This document shows, piece after piece, positions 33,418 to 41,755 of a stretch of DNA of 64,000 nucleotides. Under the pieces are notes generated by a model, which did no database searches, was not told where the DNA came from, and saw only the letters and a program-made list of their open reading frames with translations. Source of the stretch: Candidatus Peribacteraceae bacterium (lineage in GTDB: Bacteria; Patescibacteriota; Gracilibacteria; Peribacterales; Peribacteraceae); assembly GCA_041661065.1 (NCBI GenBank), contig JBAZVD010000001.1, forward strand, positions 441,417-505,416. Direction: 5' to 3'. Both the position numbers and the translations under genes were made by a program. Positions within the stretch are counted from its first letter, which is position 1. The number at the start of each line of letters is the position of its first letter.

Positions 33418-36174
33418 ATGACTTCTGTGATGAATATGCGGCTATGGACCATCGTCGCAGTGACGGGAGCTCTCACCCTATTGGTGGCTTCTGTCATTGC
33501 CAGACCGAGCGGTGCAACGGCGCAAACGACCGTTGCATCCAACACCCAGTGCTCGGAATTTAATGATGGGAAAATGATAACCGTCGGTCTCCTTGGCAAC
33601 GGGAGAGGCGACCCGGGAACGGTACAGTTCGCCGTTGCTAATGCGATAGCACAGAAAGGCCTTCCGTTCTCTCACCCGCAAGCGCCGCTTTTGCGCTCCA
33701 CGGGCGGAACGGGGGGCGGAAACGTTTGGAAGGACAACGGAAGCCCGCACATCCAAACTTTGACGGCGGTATGCGAGATACTGGGGTATAAGCATTACGT
33801 CGCAAGCACTTGTCTGGACTCGGAAAGCAGCGGCAGGTATCCCAACGGAAAATGCAACTACCACTCACCGAATAACAACCAACTCTCACGATTTACCGGA
33901 AACTTCCAATCGGAGACCGCAGAACCCAAATACAACAAGACATGGCTCAGTTCCATCACGTGCAAGGATTCCATAGGCGTCTGTCTCCCCAGCTCCTCTT
34001 CGTCATCCAGCGTCTCACAAGCGCAGGCTGCGTGCCGTGACGGCATCGACAATGACCAAGACGGGGCTACGGACTACCCCGATGACTTCAGCTGCAGTTC
34101 GCCCAATGACGACGATGAGGCGAACCCCAAAGCGCAGTGCCAGGACGGCGTTGACAATGACGGCGACGGACTGGTGGATTACCCGCAGGATCCGGGGTGC
34201 TTCAGCCGGCAGGACAATAATGAATTCAACGCTGTCAGTTCTTCATCCTCATCGAGCTCAGCGCACGAAGCTCAGTGTCGTGACGGCATTGATAATGATG
34301 GGGACGGTGCGAAGGACTATCCCGATGACTTCAGCTGCGGTAATCCCAACGATGACGATGAGACGAACCCCAAAGCACAGTGTCAGGACGGGGTTGATAA
34401 CGATGGAGATGGAAAGACCGATTACCCGAACGATCCCGGGTGCTACAACCGCCAGGACAATGACGAGTGGAACGCTGTAAGCTCATCCTCATCATTCAGC
34501 AGCTCCGTGCATGAAGCGGAGTGCAGGGACGGTATTGATAACGACGGGGACGGTTCGAAGGACTATCCCGATGACTTCAGCTGCGGTAATCCCAATGACG
34601 ATGATGAGACGAACCCCAAAGCACAGTGTCAGGACGGGGTTGATAATGACGGAGATGGAAAGACCGATTACCCGAACGATCCCGGGTGCTACAACCGCCA
34701 GGACAATGACGAGTGGAACGCTGTAAGCTCATCCTCATCATTCAGCAGCTCCGTGCATGAAGCGGAGTGCAGGGACGGTATTGATAACGACGGGGACGGT
34801 TCGAAGGACTATCCCGATGACTTCAGCTGCGGTAATCCCAATGACGATGATGAGACGAACCCCAAAGCACAGTGTCAGGACGGGGTTGATAATGACGGAG
34901 ATGGCAAGACCGATTACCCGAACGATCCCGGGTGTTACAACCGCCAGGACAATGACGAATATAATGCGGTGAGTTCTTCCTCCTCCTCCAGCAGTTCCGC
35001 GCACGAGGTTCAGTGCCGTGACGGCGTTGATAACGATGGGGACGGAGCAAAGGATTATCCCGATGACTTCAGTTGCAGCAACCCCAACGATGACGATGAG
35101 ACGAATCCCAAGGCGCAATGCCAGGACGGAGTTGATAACGATGGGGACGGGAAGGTTGACTTTCCAAGTGACCCCGGCTGCTACAACCGTCAGGACAATG
35201 ATGAATATAACGCGGTGAGTTCTTCCTCCTCAAGCAGTTCTTCCTACAGTTCGAGTAGCAGCAGTTCATCGCAGCCCTTCTACGGCTGTATCGACGTGAT
35301 CAAGGAAACGTTCGATACGCTGGATAATCCCTTCAATCCCGTACCGCAATTCACCTTCTACTTGGACAATGTCCATGAAGCTCGCAATGACGGATCAGGA
35401 CGAGTGCGCTACACGGGCGTGAATGTCGGGAACCATAGGGTACACGAGATGGTCCAGCAGGGATGGTACCAACTCAGCGTCACACCGACGAACGGTGACG
35501 TGTATGTCAATGGCAGCGACCACTGCGCCGTCGTCGTCTTCAAAAACAAGCAGTACATCACGGCGAGCTCCAGCTCCTCCAGCAGCTCGAGCTCAAGTTA
35601 CAGTTCCAGCTCGTCGAGCGGTAACTGGTGGTATCCCGTTTCCAACGTCAACGTCAATAACTCGGCGAATACCACCGTGAACAGCGAAATCAATGCGGTA
35701 AGTCAAAATAATACGGTCATCAACCAGAACGGCGGAGCGAACCAGAACGCAGAGGTGAACAATAACGCGCAGACCAACGTGAACTCCGTCATCAATGCCG
35801 CCAGTCAGAACGTCGTGAGCGTCACGCAGCAGCAGAGCGCAGGACAGTGGCACTTGCCGTCGGGATTTGAGTTCTGGAGCGGCAACGGTATCAGCAACAA
35901 TGCGGCATTCCTCCGTCCGCAGACGGCCGACATGCAGGAGATGACCGCAGGGCAACGAGTGATGGAAATGTCCGTCCCACAGCAGGACGCACAGGTCCAA
36001 GTGATGGACGCGGCGCGCGTTGAGGAGAACGGTACAGCAAATGAGGTGCAGGCTGAGACCGTTGTTTCAGCGGAAGCCGACGGAGGGAACGGGTTCGCCG
36101 CAGACGCATGGGCAACGCTCATGACAGCAGGCATCGGTACGGGAAGCCTCTTCCTCCGCAAGCTGTTCCCGTAA
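33418..36174 (+). CDS. Second giant secreted surface protein (918 aa) with, in order: signal peptide; one copy of the novel Cys domain; about 12 TSP3/MopE-like modules in 82-aa units; one Cna-B-like domain; an Asn-rich tract; and a C-terminal hydrophobic anchor
   Basis: Signal 'MRLWTIVAVTGALTLLVASVIARPSGA'. 'AVCEILGYKHYVASTC...SSGRYPNGKCNYHSPNNN...TWLSSITCKD'. Repeated 'EAECRDGIDNDGDGSKDYPDDFSCGNPNDDDETNPKAQCQDGVDNDGDGKTDYPNDPGC'. 'GCIDVIKETFDT...VVFKNKQ'. The C-terminus reads 'AWATLMTAGIGTGSLFLRKLFP'. Confidence 0.9.
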   Translation: MTSVMNMRLWTIVAVTGALTLLVASVIARPSGATAQTTVASNTQCSEFNDGKMITVGLLGNGRGDPGTVQFAVANAIAQKGLPFSHPQAPLLRSTGGTGGGNVWKDNGSPHIQTLTAVCEILGYKHYVASTCLDSESSGRYPNGKCNYHSPNNNQLSRFTGNFQSETAEPKYNKTWLSSITCKDSIGVCLPSSSSSSSVSQAQAACRDGIDNDQDGATDYPDDFSCSSPNDDDEANPKAQCQDGVDNDGDGLVDYPQDPGCFSRQDNNEFNAVSSSSSSSSAHEAQCRDGIDNDGDGAKDYPDDFSCGNPNDDDETNPKAQCQDGVDNDGDGKTDYPNDPGCYNRQDNDEWNAVSSSSSFSSSVHEAECRDGIDNDGDGSKDYPDDFSCGNPNDDDETNPKAQCQDGVDNDGDGKTDYPNDPGCYNRQDNDEWNAVSSSSSFSSSVHEAECRDGIDNDGDGSKDYPDDFSCGNPNDDDETNPKAQCQDGVDNDGDGKTDYPNDPGCYNRQDNDEYNAVSSSSSSSSSAHEVQCRDGVDNDGDGAKDYPDDFSCSNPNDDDETNPKAQCQDGVDNDGDGKVDFPSDPGCYNRQDNDEYNAVSSSSSSSSSYSSSSSSSSQPFYGCIDVIKETFDTLDNPFNPVPQFTFYLDNVHEARNDGSGRVRYTGVNVGNHRVHEMVQQGWYQLSVTPTNGDVYVNGSDHCAVVVFKNKQYITASSSSSSSSSSSYSSSSSSGNWWYPVSNVNVNNSANTTVNSEINAVSQNNTVINQNGGANQNAEVNNNAQTNVNSVINAASQNVVSVTQQQSAGQWHLPSGFEFWSGNGISNNAAFLRPQTADMQEMTAGQRVMEMSVPQQDAQVQVMDAARVEENGTANEVQAETVVSAEADGGNGFAADAWATLMTAGIGTGSLFLRKLFP
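34441..34932 (+). repeat. Two near-perfect tandem copies of a 246-bp (82-codon) unit inside a roughly five-unit diverged array (about 33990-35220)
   Basis: 34441-34686 and 34687-34932 differ at only a few positions. The flanking units have clearly diverged. Confidence 0.9.
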
Positions 36175-36199
36175 GGGTACAGACACCAACATCCTTCAA

Positions 36200-36223
36200 C
36201 CCCCGCAGCGCGCGGGGGTTTTT
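36200..36223. terminator. GC-stem terminator shared by the convergent giant gene and pth
   Basis: cccccgc-agcgc-gcggggg followed by ttttt (plus strand). Confidence 0.7.
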
Positions 36224-36224
36224 C

Positions 36225-36776
36225 TCATTGCATCTTCCCCAACACGTACTCCGTGATGAGCGCAGGGACGGTTTGCATGGCTTCCTTCAGCGCAGCCTCT
36301 TCCTCTGCGGTGGGAACGCTCAAGACCCAGGAAGCGAGGTCGGAACCGGCGGGCGCGTTGCCCAGGCCGATGCGGATGCGGGGGAAGGCATCACCGAACT
36401 CCTGCGCGACGGACTTAAGGCCGTTGTGCGTCCCGGGACCGCCGGACTTGCGGAAGCGTACTTCGCCCAGCGGCAGGTCCACATCGTCACTGATGACGAG
36501 CAGTTGCTCGGAGGGGATGAGCTTGTAGAAGTCCATGGCTTTCCGTAAAGCGTTGCCGGAAAGGTTCATGAATGTCATGGGTTTGACCAGGAGCACAGGC
36601 GCGGCTACCACGCGCGCCTCCTGTGTGAAAGAAATGAATTTCTCCTTCTCCTGCCACTCCCCCTGACCGAACGCCTCTGAGAGGGTATCGAGACATCGAA
36701 ACCCGGCGTTGTGCCGCGTTTGGGCATACGCGGAACCGGGATTGCCCAACCCTGCGATGATCAATGAGGGCTTCAT
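36225..36776 (-). CDS. pth: Peptidyl-tRNA hydrolase
   Basis: 'LIIAGLGNPGSAYAQTRHNAGF' and 'GGPGTHNGLKS'. The ORF opens at 36794. Confidence 0.9.
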   Translation of the reverse strand: MKPSLIIAGLGNPGSAYAQTRHNAGFRCLDTLSEAFGQGEWQEKEKFISFTQEARVVAAPVLLVKPMTFMNLSGNALRKAMDFYKLIPSEQLLVISDDVDLPLGEVRFRKSGGPGTHNGLKSVAQEFGDAFPRIRIGLGNAPAGSDLASWVLSVPTAEEEAALKEAMQTVPALITEYVLGKMQ

Positions 36777-36808
36777 GGGGAAAGGATAGGGCAATGGGGC
36801 GGGCGATG

Positions 36809-37213
36809 CTACCCGCAGAAATGCCGTATGGTCTTCTCGAGCGTCCCCAGGGCTTCCCGCAGCTCCCGTTCGGGGACGGGTGTGCCCACCTCATGCGCCA
36901 GACGGTTCCGGAGCTTGTGGGCCTTCCAAACGGCATCGAGATCCGGCAGGTACGGTCCGGCCTTCTTCAGCTTCTCACCCAGGGTGCCGGCGTAACCCAA
37001 TTCCGTGAGCAATGTGTCCAACACGGCATCGGCTTCCATGAGCATCCGGAAGGCGTCCTGGCGTCGCATAGCCTGCTCCCATCCCCGGAGGACGCGAACA
37101 CGCGATGAACCGCGCAGGCGGTGCCGCTGCCATTTCCTCCACAGTACCCATACCCCGAACGTGCACACGATCAATAGGACGGCAAAAGCCGACAGGTATT
37201 CCGGCAATGTCAT
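36809..37213 (-). CDS. Membrane-anchored protein with a HEPN-like R-x4-H motif
   Basis: N-terminal TM segment 'YLSAFAVLLIVCTFGVWVLW', a helical domain, and 'VWKAHKLRNRLAHE'. It has a 4-nt overlap with the upstream gene. Confidence 0.45.
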   Translation of the reverse strand: MTLPEYLSAFAVLLIVCTFGVWVLWRKWQRHRLRGSSRVRVLRGWEQAMRRQDAFRMLMEADAVLDTLLTELGYAGTLGEKLKKAGPYLPDLDAVWKAHKLRNRLAHEVGTPVPERELREALGTLEKTIRHFCG

Positions 37214-37908
37214 ACGCGCCTCGTGACAATGACGCCCTTCGCCTTCTTCTCCTCCTGCGCTTTAGTGGAAACATCCTGCAGCTGGATCTTCTCCGCCACG
37301 AACTCCGCGAGCAAATCCTGCACGTGCTTTGCGTTCTTCAAGTTCTTGTCGTGCAGGTACGCCTCCATATTCCTCAGAATCAGCGCTTCAATCTTCTTGG
37401 GCTGGCGGACATTGGCGATGCTCACGGCGCCGCCCGTGGATACCTTCTCAATGTTTAAGGTACCGCAGCGGTTCAGCGTTCCCATGAGTCCTTTGATCTC
37501 GTACCCCACGCCTTGGATATCCGAAAAGAGGATGCGGTTCGACGTGCGGTGGAACCATCCCTCCCACTTCAGTGCGATGATACCCTGATCGGTGATGATC
37601 CAGACGTCCAAGTAGTAGTCCAGGAAGTTCCGAAGGAGCCACACCAGGCTGAACGCGCTCCAGGGAAGGACGATGTACAGGACGGTCTTCACGGGCGCCA
37701 AGGCGAGGAACGTCAAACCGGCAACCAGTGCAAGTGAAGGCCAGAACATGGATTGCGAGGCGACGCCCCAGTACTTATGCACGATCAGGGAAACCGTTTC
37801 ATCGTCTTCCAGGTGCTTCTTGAAGAGAAAGTTGTCCAGCATCACGCACAGTGTACAGGATGGCGGGTGGATCCCTGAAATCATTCTCCCCGGCCTGCTG
37901 TACTTCAA
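37210..37908 (-). CDS. Membrane protein with a bacterial PH-like (DUF304/YdbT-like) domain
   Basis: Two TM helices are followed by 'VWIITDQGIIALKWEGWFHRTSNRILFSDIQGVGYEIKG...LNIEKV'. An alternative start is M23 at 37842. Confidence 0.55.
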   Translation of the reverse strand: MKYSRPGRMISGIHPPSCTLCVMLDNFLFKKHLEDDETVSLIVHKYWGVASQSMFWPSLALVAGLTFLALAPVKTVLYIVLPWSAFSLVWLLRNFLDYYLDVWIITDQGIIALKWEGWFHRTSNRILFSDIQGVGYEIKGLMGTLNRCGTLNIEKVSTGGAVSIANVRQPKKIEALILRNMEAYLHDKNLKNAKHVQDLLAEFVAEKIQLQDVSTKAQEEKKAKGVIVTRRV

Positions 37909-37934
37909 ATGGCAAGTTCTCTACAATACCTCGG

Positions 37935-38564
37935 ATGACGGATCTACAGCCAAAGCACGGGTTCTGGTTCCACTTTCTGGATGTCTTCCTCAACATCGTC
38001 GTCATCGTGGCCATCGTAGCCGGTATCCGGTCTTTCCTCGTTTCCCCTTTCCAGGTGGAAGGGAATTCCATGGTGGAGACGTTGGAGGACAAGGAGTACA
38101 TCATCATCAATAAGCTCGCCTACATCCTCGGGGAGCCCCACCGCGGGGACGTCGTGGTGTTCCGTCCCCCCAATGATCCCAAGAAGTACTACGTGAAGCG
38201 CGTCATCGGGGAACCCGGGGACACGGTCATCATCAAGGAAGGCTATGTCTACGTACGCAAGCAGGGGGAGCAGGAATTGCAGCAGCTGGATGAAACGGGG
38301 TACCTCACGGTGACGAACGAAGGACATACGTACAAACATCCCCCCAGCAGCGGTGACAAGTCTCCGGCGGAGTACGACGTTCCTGCCGGCCGATACTTTT
38401 TGCTCGGGGACAACAGGCAGGGGAGCCTGGATTCGCGGAGCTTCCTCGTGAATGCGAAGCCGGAACCCTACGTTGCAAGCACCGACATCAAGGGGAGGGT
38501 GTGGTTCATCGCGCTCCCCATCACGCGCATCCAAGCCCTGGAACCCCCCTCCTACGGCCTCTAG
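37935..38564 (+). CDS. lepB: Signal peptidase I
   Basis: TM segment, then 'VEGNSMVETL', 'GDVVVFRPP', 'YVKRVIGEPGDTV' and 'GDNRQGSLDSR'. The ORF opens at 37851. Confidence 0.88.
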   Translation: MTDLQPKHGFWFHFLDVFLNIVVIVAIVAGIRSFLVSPFQVEGNSMVETLEDKEYIIINKLAYILGEPHRGDVVVFRPPNDPKKYYVKRVIGEPGDTVIIKEGYVYVRKQGEQELQQLDETGYLTVTNEGHTYKHPPSSGDKSPAEYDVPAGRYFLLGDNRQGSLDSRSFLVNAKPEPYVASTDIKGRVWFIALPITRIQALEPPSYGL

Positions 38565-38646
38565 CGCACAAAATGACCTTGCATCCGCCTTACAGGCTTG
38601 TACTATGTGGATGCCCCGTCAGGGGTTTTTTCTAGACACCTCCCCT

Positions 38647-38835
38647 ATGATCTCCCCACTCACCTACATAGACGAAGCGCTCGAGGAGCTGCACCAGGTC
38701 CGCTGGCCGACGCGCCACCAGGCCGTGCGGTTTTCCGCCATCGTGCTCGGCTTCGTATTGCTGAGCGCCTTCGTGTTCGGCGTCGTGGACTTCGGCCTCT
38801 CACAGATCGTCACTATCCTCTTACCCACAGCCTGA
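38647..38835 (+). CDS. secE: Preprotein translocase subunit SecE
   Basis: 62 aa with 'EELHQVRWPTRHQAVRFSAIVLGFVLLSAFVFGVVD', immediately upstream of nusG. Confidence 0.75.
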   Translation: MISPLTYIDEALEELHQVRWPTRHQAVRFSAIVLGFVLLSAFVFGVVDFGLSQIVTILLPTA

Positions 38836-38837
38836 TT

Positions 38838-39383
38838 ATGGGCAAGCAAGACCCGCGCGCAGGACGCAACTGGTACGTCCTCCATACGTACTCGGGGTAC
38901 GAAGACAGCGTCAAACAGGCGCTGGAACAGCGTATCGAATCCCTGGGCATGCAGGATTACATCTTCAGCGTCATCGTGCCCAAGGAGAAGCAGCTGGTGT
39001 TCAAAAAGGGCGATCCCGTGGAGGAGGAGCGCAAGCTCTTCCCGGGGTATGTGCTCGTGGACATGGTGGTGACGGACGAGAGTTGGTACGTGGTGCGCAA
39101 CACGCCCAACGTCACCGGCTTCGTGGGCTCCGGGAACATCCCCGTCCCCGTGACGCCCGAGGAGTTCGGCGTCATCGAGAGGCGCGTGGGCGAGCAGGAG
39201 GCCAAGTTCAAGAGCGACTTCCAGGTGGGCGACCTCGTGGTGATCGTGGACGGGCCCTTTAAGAACTACGAGGGCTCCATCGAGAGCGTGGACGTGAACA
39301 AGGGAAAGCTCAACGTCCTCGTCCTCATCTTCGACCGCGAGACACCCGTCGAGCTTGATTTCACGCAGGTGAAGAAGAAGTAA
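38838..39383 (+). CDS. nusG: Transcription termination/antitermination factor NusG
   Basis: 'NWYVLHTYSGYEDSV', 'FPGYVLVDM', and KOW 'GDLVVIVDGPFKNYEGSI'. Confidence 0.92.
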   Translation: MGKQDPRAGRNWYVLHTYSGYEDSVKQALEQRIESLGMQDYIFSVIVPKEKQLVFKKGDPVEEERKLFPGYVLVDMVVTDESWYVVRNTPNVTGFVGSGNIPVPVTPEEFGVIERRVGEQEAKFKSDFQVGDLVVIVDGPFKNYEGSIESVDVNKGKLNVLVLIFDRETPVELDFTQVKKK

Positions 39384-39396
39384 TATCTTTCATGAT

Positions 39397-39735
39397 ATGA
39401 ACATGAGGGGAAAGTCAGTAGAGCTGCCGGCAGTGGACGAAACCTGCTTGATCTATAAAGAATTAGTCAGATTGAGGCAAAGCTGGCTCGATAATCCCGC
39501 CTTCGGTTCTGCCGCTTGGAACGCGGTATGCTTCCATGTCGACCGTGTGACTGAGACACTTCAATCGTTCGTCGGAACATGTGACGCATCGCTCATTCAA
39601 CATGACGCACGGCAGGCACGGGGGGAAATAGAATTGATATTGGAGCGATGCGTGCCGCATGCTGTCCGTGATCAATTGCATTTTTATCATGAGTTTTTAA
39701 AGGAGATAGGTACAGCGTGCGAAGATCAACAATGA
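39397..39735 (+). CDS. Hypothetical protein
   Basis: 112-aa ORF, AT-richer than its neighbours, with no motif. Confidence 0.4.
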   Translation: MNMRGKSVELPAVDETCLIYKELVRLRQSWLDNPAFGSAAWNAVCFHVDRVTETLQSFVGTCDASLIQHDARQARGEIELILERCVPHAVRDQLHFYHEFLKEIGTACEDQQ

Positions 39736-40001
39736 CCGCATACAGCATGGTTATTGTCGGCAAAGTCCAAGGTGTCTTTTTTCGAACCTATGCGAAACAG
39801 GTGGCGGATCGTTTGGGTCTCAAAGGTTGGGTGAAAAACATGGGGGATGGGTCCGTGTCCGTGCATGCAGAGGGGGAGACGGATACGCTGAAGGAATTTG
39901 AAGAGTGGTGCAGAAGAGGTCCGCCCTCCGCGAAAGTGGAGGATGTGCGGTGTGATGCCGCCGAAGAAGAGGGGTATAAGGGCTTTTACATCAGGCAATA
40001 A
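39732..40001 (+). CDS. acyP: Acylphosphatase
   Basis: 'VIVGKVQGVFFRTYAKQVADRLGLKGWVKNMGDGSVSVHAEG'. Confidence 0.85.
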   Translation: MTAYSMVIVGKVQGVFFRTYAKQVADRLGLKGWVKNMGDGSVSVHAEGETDTLKEFEEWCRRGPPSAKVEDVRCDAAEEEGYKGFYIRQ

Positions 40002-41337
40002 CTTCCGCATCCACAAGCGGAGACAGAGGCTTCAGCGCACGCCTTCTCTTCCCCGGAAGCAGTATCCACAAGCCGATGGTTTGGATGATGATGCCGGATG
40101 AATATCCCGCGGCGATGCCGTAGATGCCGTACATTCCCGATGCGAGCGTTGCGACCGCTATGGCAGTGAGGCCGCCCATGACGCCCATGAGCGCGGGGAT
40201 GAAGGTATCGCGCAGCGCATAAAAGGCGCGCAGCTGCAGGTGATTGAGGCTCTCGAAGGGGATGCTGAATGCGTAGATGAGGACGCACACGGAGAAGACG
40301 CGCAAGACACCGGACAAGTGCACCAGCCATGCGGCGACGGGCGTAAGGAAGACGAGTGCCACGGCACCCGGGACGGTGAGCAGCAGCGTGATCATCTCCC
40401 CTCTCCGTACGTAGAGGGAGAACTGCTTCGCGTCATTGCGCGCGGCGGCCTGGCTGAGGACGGAGTACACCGACTGCGCGACGGCGATGCCCACGATCCC
40501 CACCAGCAGCGATTGGAAGTTCCGCGCGTACGCGTTGATGGTCACCGCCCCTGACGGAAAACCGGAAGCGATGCGGTCCAAGAAGAGGAGCTGGAACTGG
40601 AAGGCACCCAAGGAGAGGATGCGCGGAAGCATCAGCCTCCCGATCTCCCTGAGGTCCGGGTGCCAGAACGTGAGGGAGAATCCCGTGCCCCGCCAATGTA
40701 CGGCAACGAAGCGAAGGATGACGTACGTCACGGCGCCGAGGATGGTCCCCGCCATGGGCCCGTAGGCGCCCACGAAAGGGGTGAATGCGTACGTCCCTAT
40801 GACGGTCCCCACGGTGTACAGGACCGGCGTGATGCCGTAGATCCAATACCGCTGTACCGTGATGAGGTACTGTCCGTACGTGATGCCGAAGACGAAGAGG
40901 AAGTTGGTGAACAGCGCGAGCCTTCCGAAGGAGACGTAGAGTGCCAATTGCTCACCTTCAAATTGGACAAGGGAAGGGGCGATGACGGGAAAGATGAGAC
41001 CTAAGAGCAATGCGAACGTGCCGAAGAGCAAAGCGGCAGCACCGACGGTCCCATTGAGCACATCACCCATCCCCTTTCGATCCCCTTTCGCATGGTAACC
41101 CGCTAGGACGGGGACGAGGACCGTCCCCACGGCGGACATGATGGCCGTTTGGAAGAGCAGATCCGAGGGGCGGAAGGCGGCGATGTATACGTCTACCACG
41201 CCGAGGTTGTCTGCAAAGACGGACGTGAGCGCGCGGTCGCGGAACAATCCCGCAAGGGATGCGGCAAATTGCGTGATGCCCAGGATAGCAACGCCGCTCG
41301 CGATGCGCCCTGAGCGGAGGAAGGAAAGGAACTTCAC
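39991..41337 (-). CDS. murJ: Lipid II flippase MurJ/MviN family
   Basis: 448 aa with about 12 or more TM helices. N-terminal 'LAGLFRDRALTSVFA...VDVYIAAFRPSDLLF'. Confidence 0.82.
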   Translation of the reverse strand: MKFLSFLRSGRIASGVAILGITQFAASLAGLFRDRALTSVFADNLGVVDVYIAAFRPSDLLFQTAIMSAVGTVLVPVLAGYHAKGDRKGMGDVLNGTVGAAALLFGTFALLLGLIFPVIAPSLVQFEGEQLALYVSFGRLALFTNFLFVFGITYGQYLITVQRYWIYGITPVLYTVGTVIGTYAFTPFVGAYGPMAGTILGAVTYVILRFVAVHWRGTGFSLTFWHPDLREIGRLMLPRILSLGAFQFQLLFLDRIASGFPSGAVTINAYARNFQSLLVGIVGIAVAQSVYSVLSQAAARNDAKQFSLYVRRGEMITLLLTVPGAVALVFLTPVAAWLVHLSGVLRVFSVCVLIYAFSIPFESLNHLQLRAFYALRDTFIPALMGVMGGLTAIAVATLASGMYGIYGIAAGYSSGIIIQTIGLWILLPGKRRRALKPLSPLVDAEVIA

Positions 41338-41590
41338 GAGGTGATCTTAGCGTGAATTCGTTAAGAAAACGACGATTGACATCTTAATAGCCTCAATGAA
41401 TAATACACAATGAGCCTGTACTCGTACAGGCATGAATCTGGGAAGAAGTCCTTCCGTTTTCCCGTGGAGGGGCAGTGATGGATCGCCATCCCATAGGCGG
41501 ACCGCCGCAAGCGGTCGAGGACACTACGATGATCTGATGCGAAGGTTGAGAATGTGTCCCTCTCCAGCATCAACTTCTTCCCCATGAGGG

Positions 41591-41667
41591 ACCCGAGAGG
41601 GTGGAACGTCTTCCATGACGTAAGTACGGTGTCCATGACACCAGAATCCACCCCTCGGGTCTTTTTC
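41591..41667 (+). promoter_or_regulatory. Terminator-like compound hairpin with a U-tract in the purL leader (candidate attenuator or riboswitch expression platform)
   Basis: A 14-bp closing stem, acccgagagggtgga (41591-41605) pairing with tccacccctcgggt (41647-41660), encloses two small hairpins. It is followed by cttttt, 90 nt before the purL ATG. Confidence 0.4.
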
Positions 41668-41755
41668 ATACACAAACGAAGAAGGAATTCTGTATACTTC
41701 TCCCGTGAACTCTTCGGCCGCTTCATCGGCAGTACCGACGCTCGATTTCTCGTCC

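Noticed and set aside
28040-35220. Regularly spaced repeats that might be mistaken for a CRISPR array or a tandem satellite
   Set aside because: The units are 246-690 bp, in frame and protein-coding with conserved Cys/Asp positions. There is no short repeat / unique spacer organisation and there are no cas genes.
41361-41726. 121-aa minus-strand ORF (and the 78-aa plus-strand ORF 41554..41790) in the murJ/purL spacer
   Set aside because: Their composition is not protein-like, they have no SD or promoter logic, and they overlap each other and the hairpin structures. I treat the region as non-coding leader.
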